The position numbers were made by a program, and so were the translations under genes. A stretch of DNA of 64,000 nucleotides. Source: Candidatus Thorarchaeota archaeon. GTDB lineage: Archaea > Asgardarchaeota > Thorarchaeia > Thorarchaeales > Thorarchaeaceae. The notes below the pieces were generated by a model. The model searched no databases. It was not told the origin of the DNA and saw nothing but the letters and a program-made list of their open reading frames with translations. This document shows, in pieces, positions 1 to 10,097 of the stretch; within the stretch, counting starts at the first letter, position 1; every line of letters starts with the position of its first letter. The stretch covers positions 15,788 through 79,787 of the forward strand of contig JAOUFI010000003.1 of NCBI GenBank assembly GCA_029858305.1, given 5' to 3'.

Positions 1-1138
1 GAAGAGGAAGTCGACATCGAATAAGCGGTTCGAGAAATCTAACTCCAGCAAGATTCATACAGATATCAGTTAATGTATCCGAGGGCATGACTGTATCAGC
101 GACTCTAAGAACTTGAAGTGCAGTTTCCAGCTCAAGACCATATTCAGATCTCCACTTTCGTTCATAAAGGGACAAAGAAGCATTTTTTGTCAAATGGTTT
201 ACAACGTTCTCTCCGGCTATCTGACCACCGCATAATGCAGTCGGAATTCCACCTCCATTCGAAGCCATCACATGACCAGCTGCATCTCCGACTAGTATCA
301 CATTGTTTGACCAAGTTGTTTTAAGTGGGCCACCAACAGGGATAATCGCGCCTACTCTTTGCAGTATCTTTGCGTTTTTCGTTTTTTGAGCCAAAGTATT
401 GAATGCAAACCGTTCAATATACCTCTTCAGTGGAGTCATATCGCCTCCGATGCTTCGTCGCATCCCGAAACCAATATTGGCTATGCCCTCACCCTTAGGT
501 ATGACCCATGCATATCCTCCTGGTGCAATCGAACTGCCAAAATACATCTCAACAATAGTTGGATCAATATCAACATCGCTCATGACATATTGTAGTGCTG
601 GGCTTAGATCTGATTCAGGCTGGATGAATCTAGGACCAAGGGAACGAGCCACAACTGACTTTGACCCATCAGCTCCAATAACTAACCTTGAGTTTATTGT
701 TTGTACTGAATTCTTTGTTTTGACTTTCAATTCGTTCGTTATGGAGCGATTAATTACCGTAGAATCTAACTGAATCTCAGCACCAACATTTTCAGCTGAA
801 TCTGCAAGATATTGATCATATCGAGATCTATCAACAATGTTCGCTTCGAAAGGAAACTCGAAAGATTTTCCGTTTGGAGAAATCAGTCTTATGACTTGGG
901 TCTGGTTTGTTATAAACTCCGCTGGTACATTAACAGCTTTGGACATCCTCGTCGAGTTAGGAAAAAGTCTTCGTGCCTCTGATGGTGTAGGAATGAGCTC
1001 TCCACATTGCACTGGCGCACCAACTTTGCGGCGACGATCAAGAACGAGAGTATGCAGATCATTTCTTGCTGTCACTTCTGCTGCAGATGTCCCAGCTGGT
1101 CCAGCGCCAATCACTGCGACATCATATATGATCTTCAT
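1..1138 (-). CDS. Geranylgeranyl reductase family FAD-dependent oxidoreductase (3' end runs off the window)
   Basis: Not in the ORF track because it is truncated. Manual translation from ATG at 1138 gives MKIIYDVAVIGAGPAGTSAA (GxGxxG), VQCGE, VIGADG and APGGYAWVIPKG, all typical GGR motifs. The frame is still open at position 1. Confidence 0.85.
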   Translation of the reverse strand, partial: MKIIYDVAVIGAGPAGTSAAEVTARNDLHTLVLDRRRKVGAPVQCGELIPTPSEARRLFPNSTRMSKAVNVPAEFITNQTQVIRLISPNGKSFEFPFEANIVDRSRYDQYLADSAENVGAEIQLDSTVINRSITNELKVKTKNSVQTINSRLVIGADGSKSVVARSLGPRFIQPESDLSPALQYVMSDVDIDPTIVEMYFGSSIAPGGYAWVIPKGEGIANIGFGMRRSIGGDMTPLKRYIERFAFNTLAQKTKNAKILQRVGAIIPVGGPLKTTWSNNVILVGDAAGHVMASNGGGIPTALCGGQIAGENVVNHLTKNASLSLYERKWRSEYGLELETALQVLRVADTVMPSDTLTDICMNLAGVRFLEPLIRCRLPL

Positions 1139-1203
1139 ACTAGAGTATACTCCATGGATTCAACTAAGAAATCGATGGGCACAGGTATAAACCCTTCTTG
1201 CTA

Positions 1204-1242
1204 GAAAAAAAGAAAGTTGGTCAGACATTCAATCCGACCAAC
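1204..1242 (-). terminator. Hairpin plus U-tract downstream of ccmF
   Basis: GTTGGTC...GACCAAC inverted repeat (1216-1242), followed on the minus strand by a T-rich run. Confidence 0.5.
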
Positions 1243-1261
1243 ATCGACTTTTTCAAGAACT

Positions 1262-3334
1262 TTAATTTTCAACAGCTAGTTCCTCAGAGTCTTCAGGAAT
1301 GTCTTCATAGAGATCCTTCTCTTTTCCCTTAAAAGCCCTAAGAAGGGCCTGAGTTTCAATTCCAAACATTGGAAGCATTGCTGAGATCATCAAGAATGCA
1401 CCCAGCCAAACGAAAGACACGAGAGGAAGTATTTTTGTATGAACTGTCACTTGGTATATGTTTGGTGCAACGAGTGTAAAACCAGTGACTGCGATGAATA
1501 TATCTCGAAATGCGTTTGTCTGCAGGTATACTTGGTGAGTTATCATGTTCCAATCAGGATTGCCCGTGATTACAGCATAGCCTATTCCTACTATTATACT
1601 ATTATTTGAACTATCTATTTCAATAACCTGTAATGTCACAACCATATTGAAATCTCTCTCATTCACCCAGTATTGTAAATTGATGTCAGTCACTTGAATG
1701 TAGGTGCCTGGCGCAATCTCTTGAACACTGTTTTCTACAAAACCAGCATTACTTTCATACACGACGTGCTCGCTCATGAAGACACCTAGAAGTAGTATGA
1801 TAAGTCCAAGGTGAAGCATTAGACGACCTATTTCACGAGTACTCACAATCTTGTCCTTTCCTATCATCTGCCTGACGAATGCAATTACAAGAAATGCAAT
1901 TGCTCCGACCGCAGGCAACACAAGTAGGTTAGCTGGCCAGAAGTTCGTGGGCAAAGGTCCAGCTCCACCAAACACTGAAAGACCTGCCATTATGCCACCA
2001 ATGGTGAATAGAGAAAGCATAATGATTAGTCGTACACGGTTGTTCAGAAATCTAGATTTCAAGCAGAAGAATGCTGAACCTACAAGAAACACACATGCAG
2101 CATAGAATCCATATTGAAAGAACTCAATTCCTATTCCAATTTGATTGTCTGCTAGATTGGCAGGATCAAGAATTGCCATGCCCAAATTGAAAACCGCTGG
2201 ATATGCGACACCAACTGTGGATGTTGCTGCTACTATGAGCAGACCGATGAAAGCTGTTTTGATTGAGAGTAATCGAATATCTTTCTCCTTGAAAAAGCCA
2301 AATACTTCTTCAGTTTCATCATCAGACATATCACGATAACCAGAATATGTAGTTACAAGCGATCCAAGTATCAAGGTGAAAAGAAGCGTCGCAAGCATGG
2401 TCCAGCTCACGATGGAAATTCCAAAACCATGGACAGAATTCAGAATTCCACTCCTTGTAACCCATGTTGCGAAAATAACGGTGACATAAGCCATGACAAG
2501 AAATGAGTCACGTAAGACATCATTCTTCCTGAAAATAGGTCTTGCATGATAATATGCAGTTAATAGTAGCCATGGTATTAGTGATGTTGTTTCGACCGGG
2601 TCCCATGCCCAATAGCCACCCCATCCCAAGACAATATAAGCCCAATACCCACCAATCGCGATACCAGCTGAGAGCATCAACCAAGCAAAGACTGTTGTGA
2701 AGCGCACATAGGCATTGATCACTGGAATTGGCTCCTTATTACGCTCCTCGCTGCGAAGGGTGAATCCCGCAATCTTTATTGAAAAAGGCACTAAAATCAA
2801 TGCATATGCAATGAATATAATCGGTGGATGAATCACGTTCCAGATAGTGGAAAGTAGTGGATTTAGCCCATGTCCATCCGACGGAACTATTCCTTCGATT
2901 AATCTAAAGGGATCAGCTGCTAATGCATTCACAGCAACAAGGACAGATGAGACCACCATGATAATAGCTGCTCGGTATACGAGCTTATCATCTTCGTATC
3001 CTCGACTTAGTAGTCTAAATCCAAAGTACAGAATGAATGATAGAAATGTCCAAAAGATGAGCGACCCTGATTGTCCAGCCCACAAAGCCGAGATTTTCAA
3101 CAAAAGACTTGCCTCGATATTTGTTACTTGGGTAACATATTCGTATTGAAACTGATTTAGGAAAATCATTGTGCCCATCCATAGCAGAGTTCCTGTTGCA
3201 GCTATAAAACCAATAAAGGAAGCAATGATTGAATACCGTTCATAGTTCTCAATTTTTGGACCCACCACCAGAATGAGGGCATCCAAAATTCCTGCTACAA
3301 TCGTAGCAATTAGTAATATTGTACCAATATCCAT
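1262..3334 (-). CDS. ccmF: Cytochrome c heme lyase CcmF (System I)
   Basis: Polytopic membrane protein with WAGQSGS, GLNPLL..IHPP, WGGYWAWDPVE (WWD motif), SVHGF and HLG motifs. Confidence 0.93.
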   Translation of the reverse strand: MDIGTILLIATIVAGILDALILVVGPKIENYERYSIIASFIGFIAATGTLLWMGTMIFLNQFQYEYVTQVTNIEASLLLKISALWAGQSGSLIFWTFLSFILYFGFRLLSRGYEDDKLVYRAAIIMVVSSVLVAVNALAADPFRLIEGIVPSDGHGLNPLLSTIWNVIHPPIIFIAYALILVPFSIKIAGFTLRSEERNKEPIPVINAYVRFTTVFAWLMLSAGIAIGGYWAYIVLGWGGYWAWDPVETTSLIPWLLLTAYYHARPIFRKNDVLRDSFLVMAYVTVIFATWVTRSGILNSVHGFGISIVSWTMLATLLFTLILGSLVTTYSGYRDMSDDETEEVFGFFKEKDIRLLSIKTAFIGLLIVAATSTVGVAYPAVFNLGMAILDPANLADNQIGIGIEFFQYGFYAACVFLVGSAFFCLKSRFLNNRVRLIIMLSLFTIGGIMAGLSVFGGAGPLPTNFWPANLLVLPAVGAIAFLVIAFVRQMIGKDKIVSTREIGRLMLHLGLIILLLGVFMSEHVVYESNAGFVENSVQEIAPGTYIQVTDINLQYWVNERDFNMVVTLQVIEIDSSNNSIIVGIGYAVITGNPDWNMITHQVYLQTNAFRDIFIAVTGFTLVAPNIYQVTVHTKILPLVSFVWLGAFLMISAMLPMFGIETQALLRAFKGKEKDLYEDIPEDSEELAVEN

Positions 3335-3355
3335 AGTAGTTTCACCTGAGCAATC

Positions 3356-5530
3356 TTATCTCGTTCTACTTGATCCTCGCCGCCTCGCTCTTCTTTTTGC
3401 GTCTTTCTTTCCTTCGCGTTGGGCTTCTCTATATCTTCCCCTCTTCCTCTGAACATAGATATAGCCCACACCCGGTGCAGATACGAGCCCTAGTGTTGTA
3501 ACAATCTGAAAAGCTGTCCATGGTGATATATAGAAAACGGGTCCAATTACTGTGAGTATATAGAGCCTGCTTTCACCGACATTACCAGACTCATCCATCA
3601 CCAGAAAGAAGAATGCTATTTGATCATTTGCGTTGAATTGTCCAAGTCCAGTGCGCCATATTATTATCTCATCTTCAATCCCTATTGGCGTCATATTTTT
3701 GACTATATATGAGCCTCCATTCAGTTTCCACCAAATCTCACAAGAATTCGTATGGCTTTGTACTGGAAACTCGTAGGTTTCTATGTCTATTATAATATCA
3801 TCACCTGCTCGGACATCACCAGTAGGATAGATGGCGCGAAGCTCGACTGTAGGGGGAAATGTGTCAGTACGTACAATGAAATAGTAAATCCCAGCAATGA
3901 AAACACGACCTGTTGTATCATTGGCAAAGACCTCGAAATTCACTTGAGTGCTATCCTCGAAAGATTCAATCGAATTGTTGTAGACTCCTCCAATCTGTGG
4001 ATTTGCCAATAAAGGAAGAATTCCTCGCGTCTCAACACCACCTAAGTTCATTGTATAATTGACAAATACAGTGTCTATGCCATCAGCATCAAGTGCACTT
4101 ACAGAAAAATCAACATTATCCTGAGGCCGAGGATTTGTTGGCGATATCCTGACACGACTGACAATGGGTAGCCCGTAGCCCCATATGCGTTCCAAACCAA
4201 CTATAGCTTGGGCTTGCACCGCAGTATAATGAATTTCCCATTCGGGAGAAAAGACCTGCCATTCCTGGTTACTATTAGCTAGAAAACCCTCATGGTCATA
4301 GTCCCACAGCCAATTCAAAACAAGCTCTAGAGTATCAACAATCAGTCTAATAACATAGATTGAATCGCTTACTTCATACAAATCCTCAAGTGCCGTTGTC
4401 ATCTGGAACTGAATCTCAGTATACTTGTAGTACTTCACATCTTCATCTTCGAGGGGATCATACGGAACACCATCAACCGTTTCTGTATACCAACCACCAT
4501 TCGGGCCGTCCCAGTTATTGGTGAGGAGCACTTCAAAGATCTGGTTAGCCGCAGCAAGATATGTCGCGTTTCCGGTTACATTGTATCCATTTACTAGTGC
4601 TCTAATCGCCATCGCATTAAGGTCAGTTACGATTGAATGCCCGACGCTAGCTCCAGCAGGCACAACAACAGTCCCGCCGCTACGATCTACTACCAGCTTT
4701 ATGCCCATTAACTCCATTTCATAGTAGTACTTCATATGAAGTAACATGAATGACATTGCGCTATCTGCCATATCAACAAGTGTTGCATTTCCTAACGAAA
4801 AACCAGCATCATAGAGGACCGCGGCTCCAAGAGCAAGGTGATCAAGTCTTTTTCCGTCATTTGGATATGCTTCATCAAAGGATGAAGACACATTCAATGA
4901 ACCATTTCTCATTGTATAGTAAAAGAAACCTCCGTAGATTGGATCATAGAGCATATCGGCAAGACAACTCACAGCACTCGCCTTTTCATCTGTGAAATCA
5001 AGAGACGAGTTTGTAGACTCTGCAATTTCAAGAGCCCAATAGGCATATGCTTGGACTCCTGGTCTCTTTGTTTGCCTTACTTCAATTCCTGAGAATTCAT
5101 TGACATAATAACCGGAATATATAGGATCCATGAAGGTGCTGACCATTCTATTTGCTGCCCTACTCATCGCAATTCGGTAGGTTTCATTGTTTAAGACTTG
5201 GTACGCTTTTGATAGAGCGGATATTGCCCAGTAGTAGCTGGCAAGACTAGTCTCCTCAAGAGGACCTATCGTTTGATTGGCACCGCCATCATGAAAGACT
5301 CTTCCTGTTGTCACATTCATGTGATGATTAATCATAATATCGGCAGTAACCTCTAAATAATCACGGTATGAAGATATGTTGTACTCTGGTTCTTGCGATA
5401 ATACTATTGACCTTGCGCTTTGATTGATATCCAATCTATACTCAGGAGTATCAGCTAGATTTGCACCCTGAGCTGGTGCGTTCAACATTAAAGTGGCTAA
5501 TATTATCGTGACGATGATTATTTTCTTCAT
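3356..5530 (-). CDS. Secreted, C-terminally anchored protein: AGE/GH76-like (alpha/alpha)6 barrel plus Ig-like domains
   Basis: Signal peptide MKKIIIVT (ATG 5530; ORF track starts at 5563), repeated DPIYGGF / WDGPNGGW helical-barrel motifs, beta-rich C-terminal part, TM helix and basic tail. Confidence 0.55.
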   Translation of the reverse strand: MKKIIIVTIILATLMLNAPAQGANLADTPEYRLDINQSARSIVLSQEPEYNISSYRDYLEVTADIMINHHMNVTTGRVFHDGGANQTIGPLEETSLASYYWAISALSKAYQVLNNETYRIAMSRAANRMVSTFMDPIYSGYYVNEFSGIEVRQTKRPGVQAYAYWALEIAESTNSSLDFTDEKASAVSCLADMLYDPIYGGFFYYTMRNGSLNVSSSFDEAYPNDGKRLDHLALGAAVLYDAGFSLGNATLVDMADSAMSFMLLHMKYYYEMELMGIKLVVDRSGGTVVVPAGASVGHSIVTDLNAMAIRALVNGYNVTGNATYLAAANQIFEVLLTNNWDGPNGGWYTETVDGVPYDPLEDEDVKYYKYTEIQFQMTTALEDLYEVSDSIYVIRLIVDTLELVLNWLWDYDHEGFLANSNQEWQVFSPEWEIHYTAVQAQAIVGLERIWGYGLPIVSRVRISPTNPRPQDNVDFSVSALDADGIDTVFVNYTMNLGGVETRGILPLLANPQIGGVYNNSIESFEDSTQVNFEVFANDTTGRVFIAGIYYFIVRTDTFPPTVELRAIYPTGDVRAGDDIIIDIETYEFPVQSHTNSCEIWWKLNGGSYIVKNMTPIGIEDEIIIWRTGLGQFNANDQIAFFFLVMDESGNVGESRLYILTVIGPVFYISPWTAFQIVTTLGLVSAPGVGYIYVQRKRGRYREAQREGKKDAKRRARRRGSSRTR

Positions 5531-5614
5531 TCTTTTTCTTTCCTTGTGAAATGTTTCGCGCAATTGCGATGTGCTTTTAAAATTCGGGTTGTGGCTGTAT
5601 CGGATTGCCTAGAG

Positions 5615-5652
5615 CTGAAAGAAAAAGGGGTTCCAGATGCCGAAGCATCTGG
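5615..5652 (-). terminator. Hairpin with cUUCGg tetraloop plus U-tract after the multiheme cytochrome gene
   Basis: Minus strand reads CCAGATGC-TTCG-GCATCTGG (5652-5633), then AACCCCTTTTTCTTTC. Confidence 0.65.
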
Positions 5653-5686
5653 TATTGCCCGTACGTGTGTTTGTTTCTCGCAGCGT

Positions 5687-7060
5687 CTATCGACGTCTGC
5701 CAACCAATACTCCTAGGAGCAAGCCAACAAGAATACCACCAGCGGCTCCACCAACAATAATCAGAGTGTCTGCGCTAAATCCAGCAGGTGCTGGTAGATT
5801 CTCATAGTAGTATGCCTTAGCATCTAGGAGATCTCTAAACGCAGAATTGATCGCATCAAATGTCTCCATTGGATCGTGGAAACCAGATGAACCATCATAG
5901 CCGTAATAGCCAACAGTGGTTGAAGCAGCGTCAATCTCATCTTGCACATAGTTGGCAAGAGTGATATTTGCGCCAGCTGTCGCATTGTAAGCTGCTACTG
6001 CTGTTTCGAGGGCTGATGCTTCAGCTTCGAAATCTGCTACGAGGGCATCGTATGATGACATAATCTCTTCTAGTTGGTTGATAGCCCACGCTTCTTGTCC
6101 TTCATGGCACTCAGGTGCCTGACCACAGGCGTCTTCTGGGAGAACAGCAAAGGTATGGTTCATTTCAGGTCCATGTGAACCTTGTACAAAACCATGACAA
6201 TCTGTACACTCAACAATGCCGGTCAAGTCATGTGCGCCACCCGTCCATACATTGATGGTCGTGTGACGGGCTGAATTACCGTGGCAGAGACCACAGAGTT
6301 CTGTGGAATTCTCAGCCCATATCTGAGCTGGGTTCACTACCTGTGCGTCATGGATAGCGTGACATGCGGGACAAGTGATAGCGTTGTAGTTGCCTTCGGG
6401 ATCAAGGTCATCGTCTTCACCGAAGAAGCCGTTGTAACCGAGGAATCCCTCAGCTGACATGCAGTGCATACAGTCTGATCCTGCATGGCTACTTGTTCTT
6501 AGATCTGTAAGTGAGTTGGCATGAGCCGATTCGGTGTAACCTTCGAGGCCACCGTGCCCTTCATGGATGTGACAAGAGGCACAAACACTACCATTTACTG
6601 AGTAGTATGGTGTGGATGTGTCATGACATGTCAGACAGTTGGTTCCAAATCCATCATGTGTATATGGATAGTCCGTGGCGTTACGCTCCGGAGTCCAACC
6701 AATTGCATGACACTGAGCACATGTCGCGTTCCAAGCCAAATAGGTTCGTTCGCGAGCACCATTGACCGTGACGTTGCCTGATGTTTCATTATAGTATATT
6801 AGGTAACCTGAGTGGGTGGTCATATTCCAATATTCCCATGTCTGGTTATGACATTCACCTGTCAGGCATGAAACACCATTTTCTTGGTCAGGGGTTGCGA
6901 GTTCATGCGCCTCACGTACTCTGTCAACGGATAATGTGACAGGTATTCCAGATCCCGTTGGTCCTAGGAGAATGGCGAAACCGATTAGGCAGAGGAACAG
7001 GTAATAACCCGCTACCATCCGCTTATTGACCCCAGGGGTCTCTTCAGTGTAGTACACCAT
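5687..7060 (-). CDS. Membrane-anchored multiheme c-type cytochrome (c552/NrfA-HAO-like C-terminus)
   Basis: Six CxxCH (CAQCH, CLTCH, CASCH, CPACH, CGLCH, CTDCH) plus CLTGECH, CGQAPECH and CMHCM. C-terminal helical region with DGSSGFHDP. N- and C-terminal hydrophobic helices. Confidence 0.9.
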   Translation of the reverse strand: MVYYTEETPGVNKRMVAGYYLFLCLIGFAILLGPTGSGIPVTLSVDRVREAHELATPDQENGVSCLTGECHNQTWEYWNMTTHSGYLIYYNETSGNVTVNGARERTYLAWNATCAQCHAIGWTPERNATDYPYTHDGFGTNCLTCHDTSTPYYSVNGSVCASCHIHEGHGGLEGYTESAHANSLTDLRTSSHAGSDCMHCMSAEGFLGYNGFFGEDDDLDPEGNYNAITCPACHAIHDAQVVNPAQIWAENSTELCGLCHGNSARHTTINVWTGGAHDLTGIVECTDCHGFVQGSHGPEMNHTFAVLPEDACGQAPECHEGQEAWAINQLEEIMSSYDALVADFEAEASALETAVAAYNATAGANITLANYVQDEIDAASTTVGYYGYDGSSGFHDPMETFDAINSAFRDLLDAKAYYYENLPAPAGFSADTLIIVGGAAGGILVGLLLGVLVGRRR

Positions 7061-7420
7061 TGGTTTTCACCAAACTCTAAGTTTAGGGTTTGTAACTTCC
7101 CGACGTATCGCAATAAAAAGATGTTCCTTCTAAGGGTATATTAACTATAGATTTTCTTACAAGTTGTAATATTTTGGTTTCAAAATGGTATATAAATTAT
7201 TATCACGCAAAATAAAAAATGCGACTTTAGATATTCTCAGTTACAAAAATGACTGTATTTTGCTTATTATAACAGTCAAATTGAAATCATTTAGTGTTTC
7301 AGTAGGATATATAGATGTATGTTCCGTAACATTTTAAGCAGGGTCGATTACTGACGGAACCCAATAACAAGGAGATATTTCTCGGATAAAACCGAGAATA
7401 TACGATTCGGTGGCCACCAT
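7061..7420. promoter_or_regulatory. AT-rich divergent promoter region with several palindromes
   Basis: TTACAA-G-TTGTAA (7157-7169), ATGTT-CCGT-AACAT (7319-7332), TTCTCGG-N6-CCGAGAA (7379-7398), TATA-like TATAAA near 7191. Confidence 0.55.
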
Positions 7421-8617
7421 ATGAAACGTAAAGTCAGAATTGGACTTGTTCTAGTTGCGGCAATAGTCATTATTATGCTTGCAGCAGGCAATGCCTTTGC
7501 TCATAGCGAATACGAAGTAGACTGTTCAACATGCCACGATGTTTCATCAGGCATGTCAATAACCACAGTATCGACAATAAACACAGGCCCAGGAGAAACT
7601 TTTCAGGTTGACGTTGTTGCGACTGGGTTGGCTCAAGATGTCTTTGTGCTACGCATACCGACTGATGTGGCCGATAATGACCAATTCACAATAAATGTGC
7701 CAGCGAACACAGAGAATCCAGGACTTGTTGAAGACAATGATGCACTAGACTTGGATTCGAACAACAATGGAATTCATGCAATCTACAATATTACAGCTCC
7801 CGCATTTTCTGGAACATACACACTAATCATCTGGGCAGCTCAACATACTGACAATGGAATCAGTAGATCAATAACTGTAAATGTGATTGAGGGAGGTCCA
7901 GGTCCGTCAATTGGAGCACCATCAACAACGCCACAAGTTCCACTTGCGAACGAAGAATTCACTGTCACGGTTACTATTTCATCCTCAGATACTATAACCT
8001 ATGTCAGACTGCAGTATAGTATTGATGGTGGGATTAATTGGCTGAATGTTACAATGTCTGAGTCAGGTGGTTTATATTCTGGTACAATACCCGGATTACC
8101 GAATAATCAGGAAGTGCACTGGCGAATCGTGGCAGCTGATTCTTCTGGAGAGAGAGTTAGTGCTACCTTAACATTCACTGTCGGCGTAATTCCGATAGAG
8201 CCTATAGAGATTCCCCAATTTCATTATGGATGGTTGCTAGGGGCGCCAGCTTTGGTTATTGCCTACATTGGCACGGCTCTCGAGTATTATGATGAAGAGC
8301 GATTCACGAGAATCCATGGTATGATGCTAGGCATCGCTTATGTATTAACATCCATTAACGTTGTAAGTCTAGTAATGGAACCTGCAGGCGTTTGGGCCGC
8401 GATGAATCCTGTCTATCTGTTCGATCTGAGTAACATGCTCATATTCATGCATGCTTGGCATATCTGGCTTGGCATAATCAGCATGGTTCTGGGCACTCTT
8501 GCACTCATAACACATCTTGGAGGGTGGAAGACATGCAATCTTGGATTACCAGCAGTTGTGCTATGGACTATTCTGGGAATAATGGGCTTCTATCTAGGAG
8601 AGGTATTTGTTCCGTGA
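7421..8617 (+). CDS. Exported mono-heme c protein with Ig-like domains fused to a His-rich 4-TM (cytochrome b-like) domain
   Basis: Signal peptide ending AFA, CSTCH immediately after it, beta-rich middle, four C-terminal TM helices with QFH, RIHG, MHAWH and ITH. Confidence 0.6.
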   Translation: MKRKVRIGLVLVAAIVIIMLAAGNAFAHSEYEVDCSTCHDVSSGMSITTVSTINTGPGETFQVDVVATGLAQDVFVLRIPTDVADNDQFTINVPANTENPGLVEDNDALDLDSNNNGIHAIYNITAPAFSGTYTLIIWAAQHTDNGISRSITVNVIEGGPGPSIGAPSTTPQVPLANEEFTVTVTISSSDTITYVRLQYSIDGGINWLNVTMSESGGLYSGTIPGLPNNQEVHWRIVAADSSGERVSATLTFTVGVIPIEPIEIPQFHYGWLLGAPALVIAYIGTALEYYDEERFTRIHGMMLGIAYVLTSINVVSLVMEPAGVWAAMNPVYLFDLSNMLIFMHAWHIWLGIISMVLGTLALITHLGGWKTCNLGLPAVVLWTILGIMGFYLGEVFVP

Positions 8618-8627
8618 GGTGATTGAA

Positions 8628-10088
8628 ATGTCAAATACTGATATAGAAACTACAATCACACAAACTCCCGAGAAAGCAACAATAATAGAGATGCTGAAGG
8701 GAGTAGTGGGAGAAGAGAGAGTTTCAGACTCTGAGTTAGAAAGAGTGGTCTATAGTGGAGATCCTGCAGTACTACCTCAGTATCACTACAGATGGAAGAG
8801 AAAATACCTTGCTGATTACGCTGTCCGAGTTGAAAGTGAAGAAGAGATAGAAGGTATTCTGAAAATCGCACGTGAACATAACATACCTGTTGTCCCCAGA
8901 GGTGGAGCCTCAAGCTGTATGAGTTCTTCAAGCCCTAGCCGTGGAGGAATATCTCTCGATCTCAAGCCAATGAACAAGATACTAGAGATTAACAAAAAGG
9001 GTATGTTCGTAAGAGTCGAACCCGGAGTCACGTTCGAAGGACTTGCAAATAGCTTAGATAAAGAAAATCTCACTTTAGGTATCTATCCATCCAGTGCAAA
9101 GTCTGCAGTTATCGGAGGCTGGATTGCATGTGGAGGCAGAGGTGGAATCGGCACTCCATTCTATGGTGGACTTAAGGACCATATCTTGTCATTATCCGTC
9201 ATAGGAGGAGATGGCGAAGTCAAGTTGTTAGAGGGAGATGATATCGACATCCTTCTACATTCCTATGGAATATTGGGTGTCATCTTTGAAATCAAACTGA
9301 AGGTACATGAGAACGTTCGTGAATACAAGTCATTTAGTTATGGATTTAGAACAACCGATGAACTCTGCAATGCAATGGTGGAAATCACTAAGCTTGAGGT
9401 CAAGCCAATTTATCTAAAAATTGCAGATGACGAGCTGCAGAAATTCAGCAATCCACTCGAAATCGGTAAGTACGTTCTATCAGTGACTTATGTCGATACA
9501 CCATCAGATATCCCGCTCGAGGACTTGAAGTCGATCACTGGAAAATATGATGGCGTGTATATCAGCGATGAATTCTCCAAGAAGGAGTGGGATTTGAGGT
9601 ATGATGCAGAATTCAATCCCAAAGAACATACAGAGACCTTGATGTTTCAAGAATTCTGGATGCCTGTTGAAAAAGTATCTAAGATGCTTTCAAAATATGA
9701 ATCATATCGACGTTCGCACAGGATTCCAGCCCTATGGTTTGGGATGCTTGGTTCTCATAACGAAATGAGACTAGAACTCATGGCAATGATAGATGCAGCT
9801 CAGTACCTCAAATTCATCTCAAGTAAGGGAATCTTGCACAAGATGATGAAGAGAGCAATCAAATTGGGAGGAGGACCATATACGATCGGTCTTCAGAATT
9901 CAATATACATGTCTCGTGCCTATCCAGCACGATTGACAGAGATGCAAGAGGCGAAGAAGAAGTGGGACCCTAACGGAATCATGAATCCGGATAGAGTCAC
10001 AAGTTGTTTGACATCATTCAGAAGAATAGATGTGCTCTTCTTGCTTGCTACTGCGTTTCGAAGACTCTCAAAATATGTAGGTGGGTGA
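8628..10088 (+). CDS. FAD-linked oxidoreductase, GlcD/VAO (FAD_binding_4) family, copy 1
   Basis: VVPRGGAS, RVEPGV, YPSSA..IGG, GILGVI, DPNGIMNP. ATG at 8628 follows GAGGTGA. Confidence 0.85.
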   Translation: MSNTDIETTITQTPEKATIIEMLKGVVGEERVSDSELERVVYSGDPAVLPQYHYRWKRKYLADYAVRVESEEEIEGILKIAREHNIPVVPRGGASSCMSSSSPSRGGISLDLKPMNKILEINKKGMFVRVEPGVTFEGLANSLDKENLTLGIYPSSAKSAVIGGWIACGGRGGIGTPFYGGLKDHILSLSVIGGDGEVKLLEGDDIDILLHSYGILGVIFEIKLKVHENVREYKSFSYGFRTTDELCNAMVEITKLEVKPIYLKIADDELQKFSNPLEIGKYVLSVTYVDTPSDIPLEDLKSITGKYDGVYISDEFSKKEWDLRYDAEFNPKEHTETLMFQEFWMPVEKVSKMLSKYESYRRSHRIPALWFGMLGSHNEMRLELMAMIDAAQYLKFISSKGILHKMMKRAIKLGGGPYTIGLQNSIYMSRAYPARLTEMQEAKKKWDPNGIMNPDRVTSCLTSFRRIDVLFLLATAFRRLSKYVGG

Positions 10089-10097
10089 ATCGTTACA

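Noticed and set aside
118-1204. Several short plus-strand ORFs
   Set aside because: They are antisense shadows of the minus-strand GGR-family gene, which the track missed because it is truncated.
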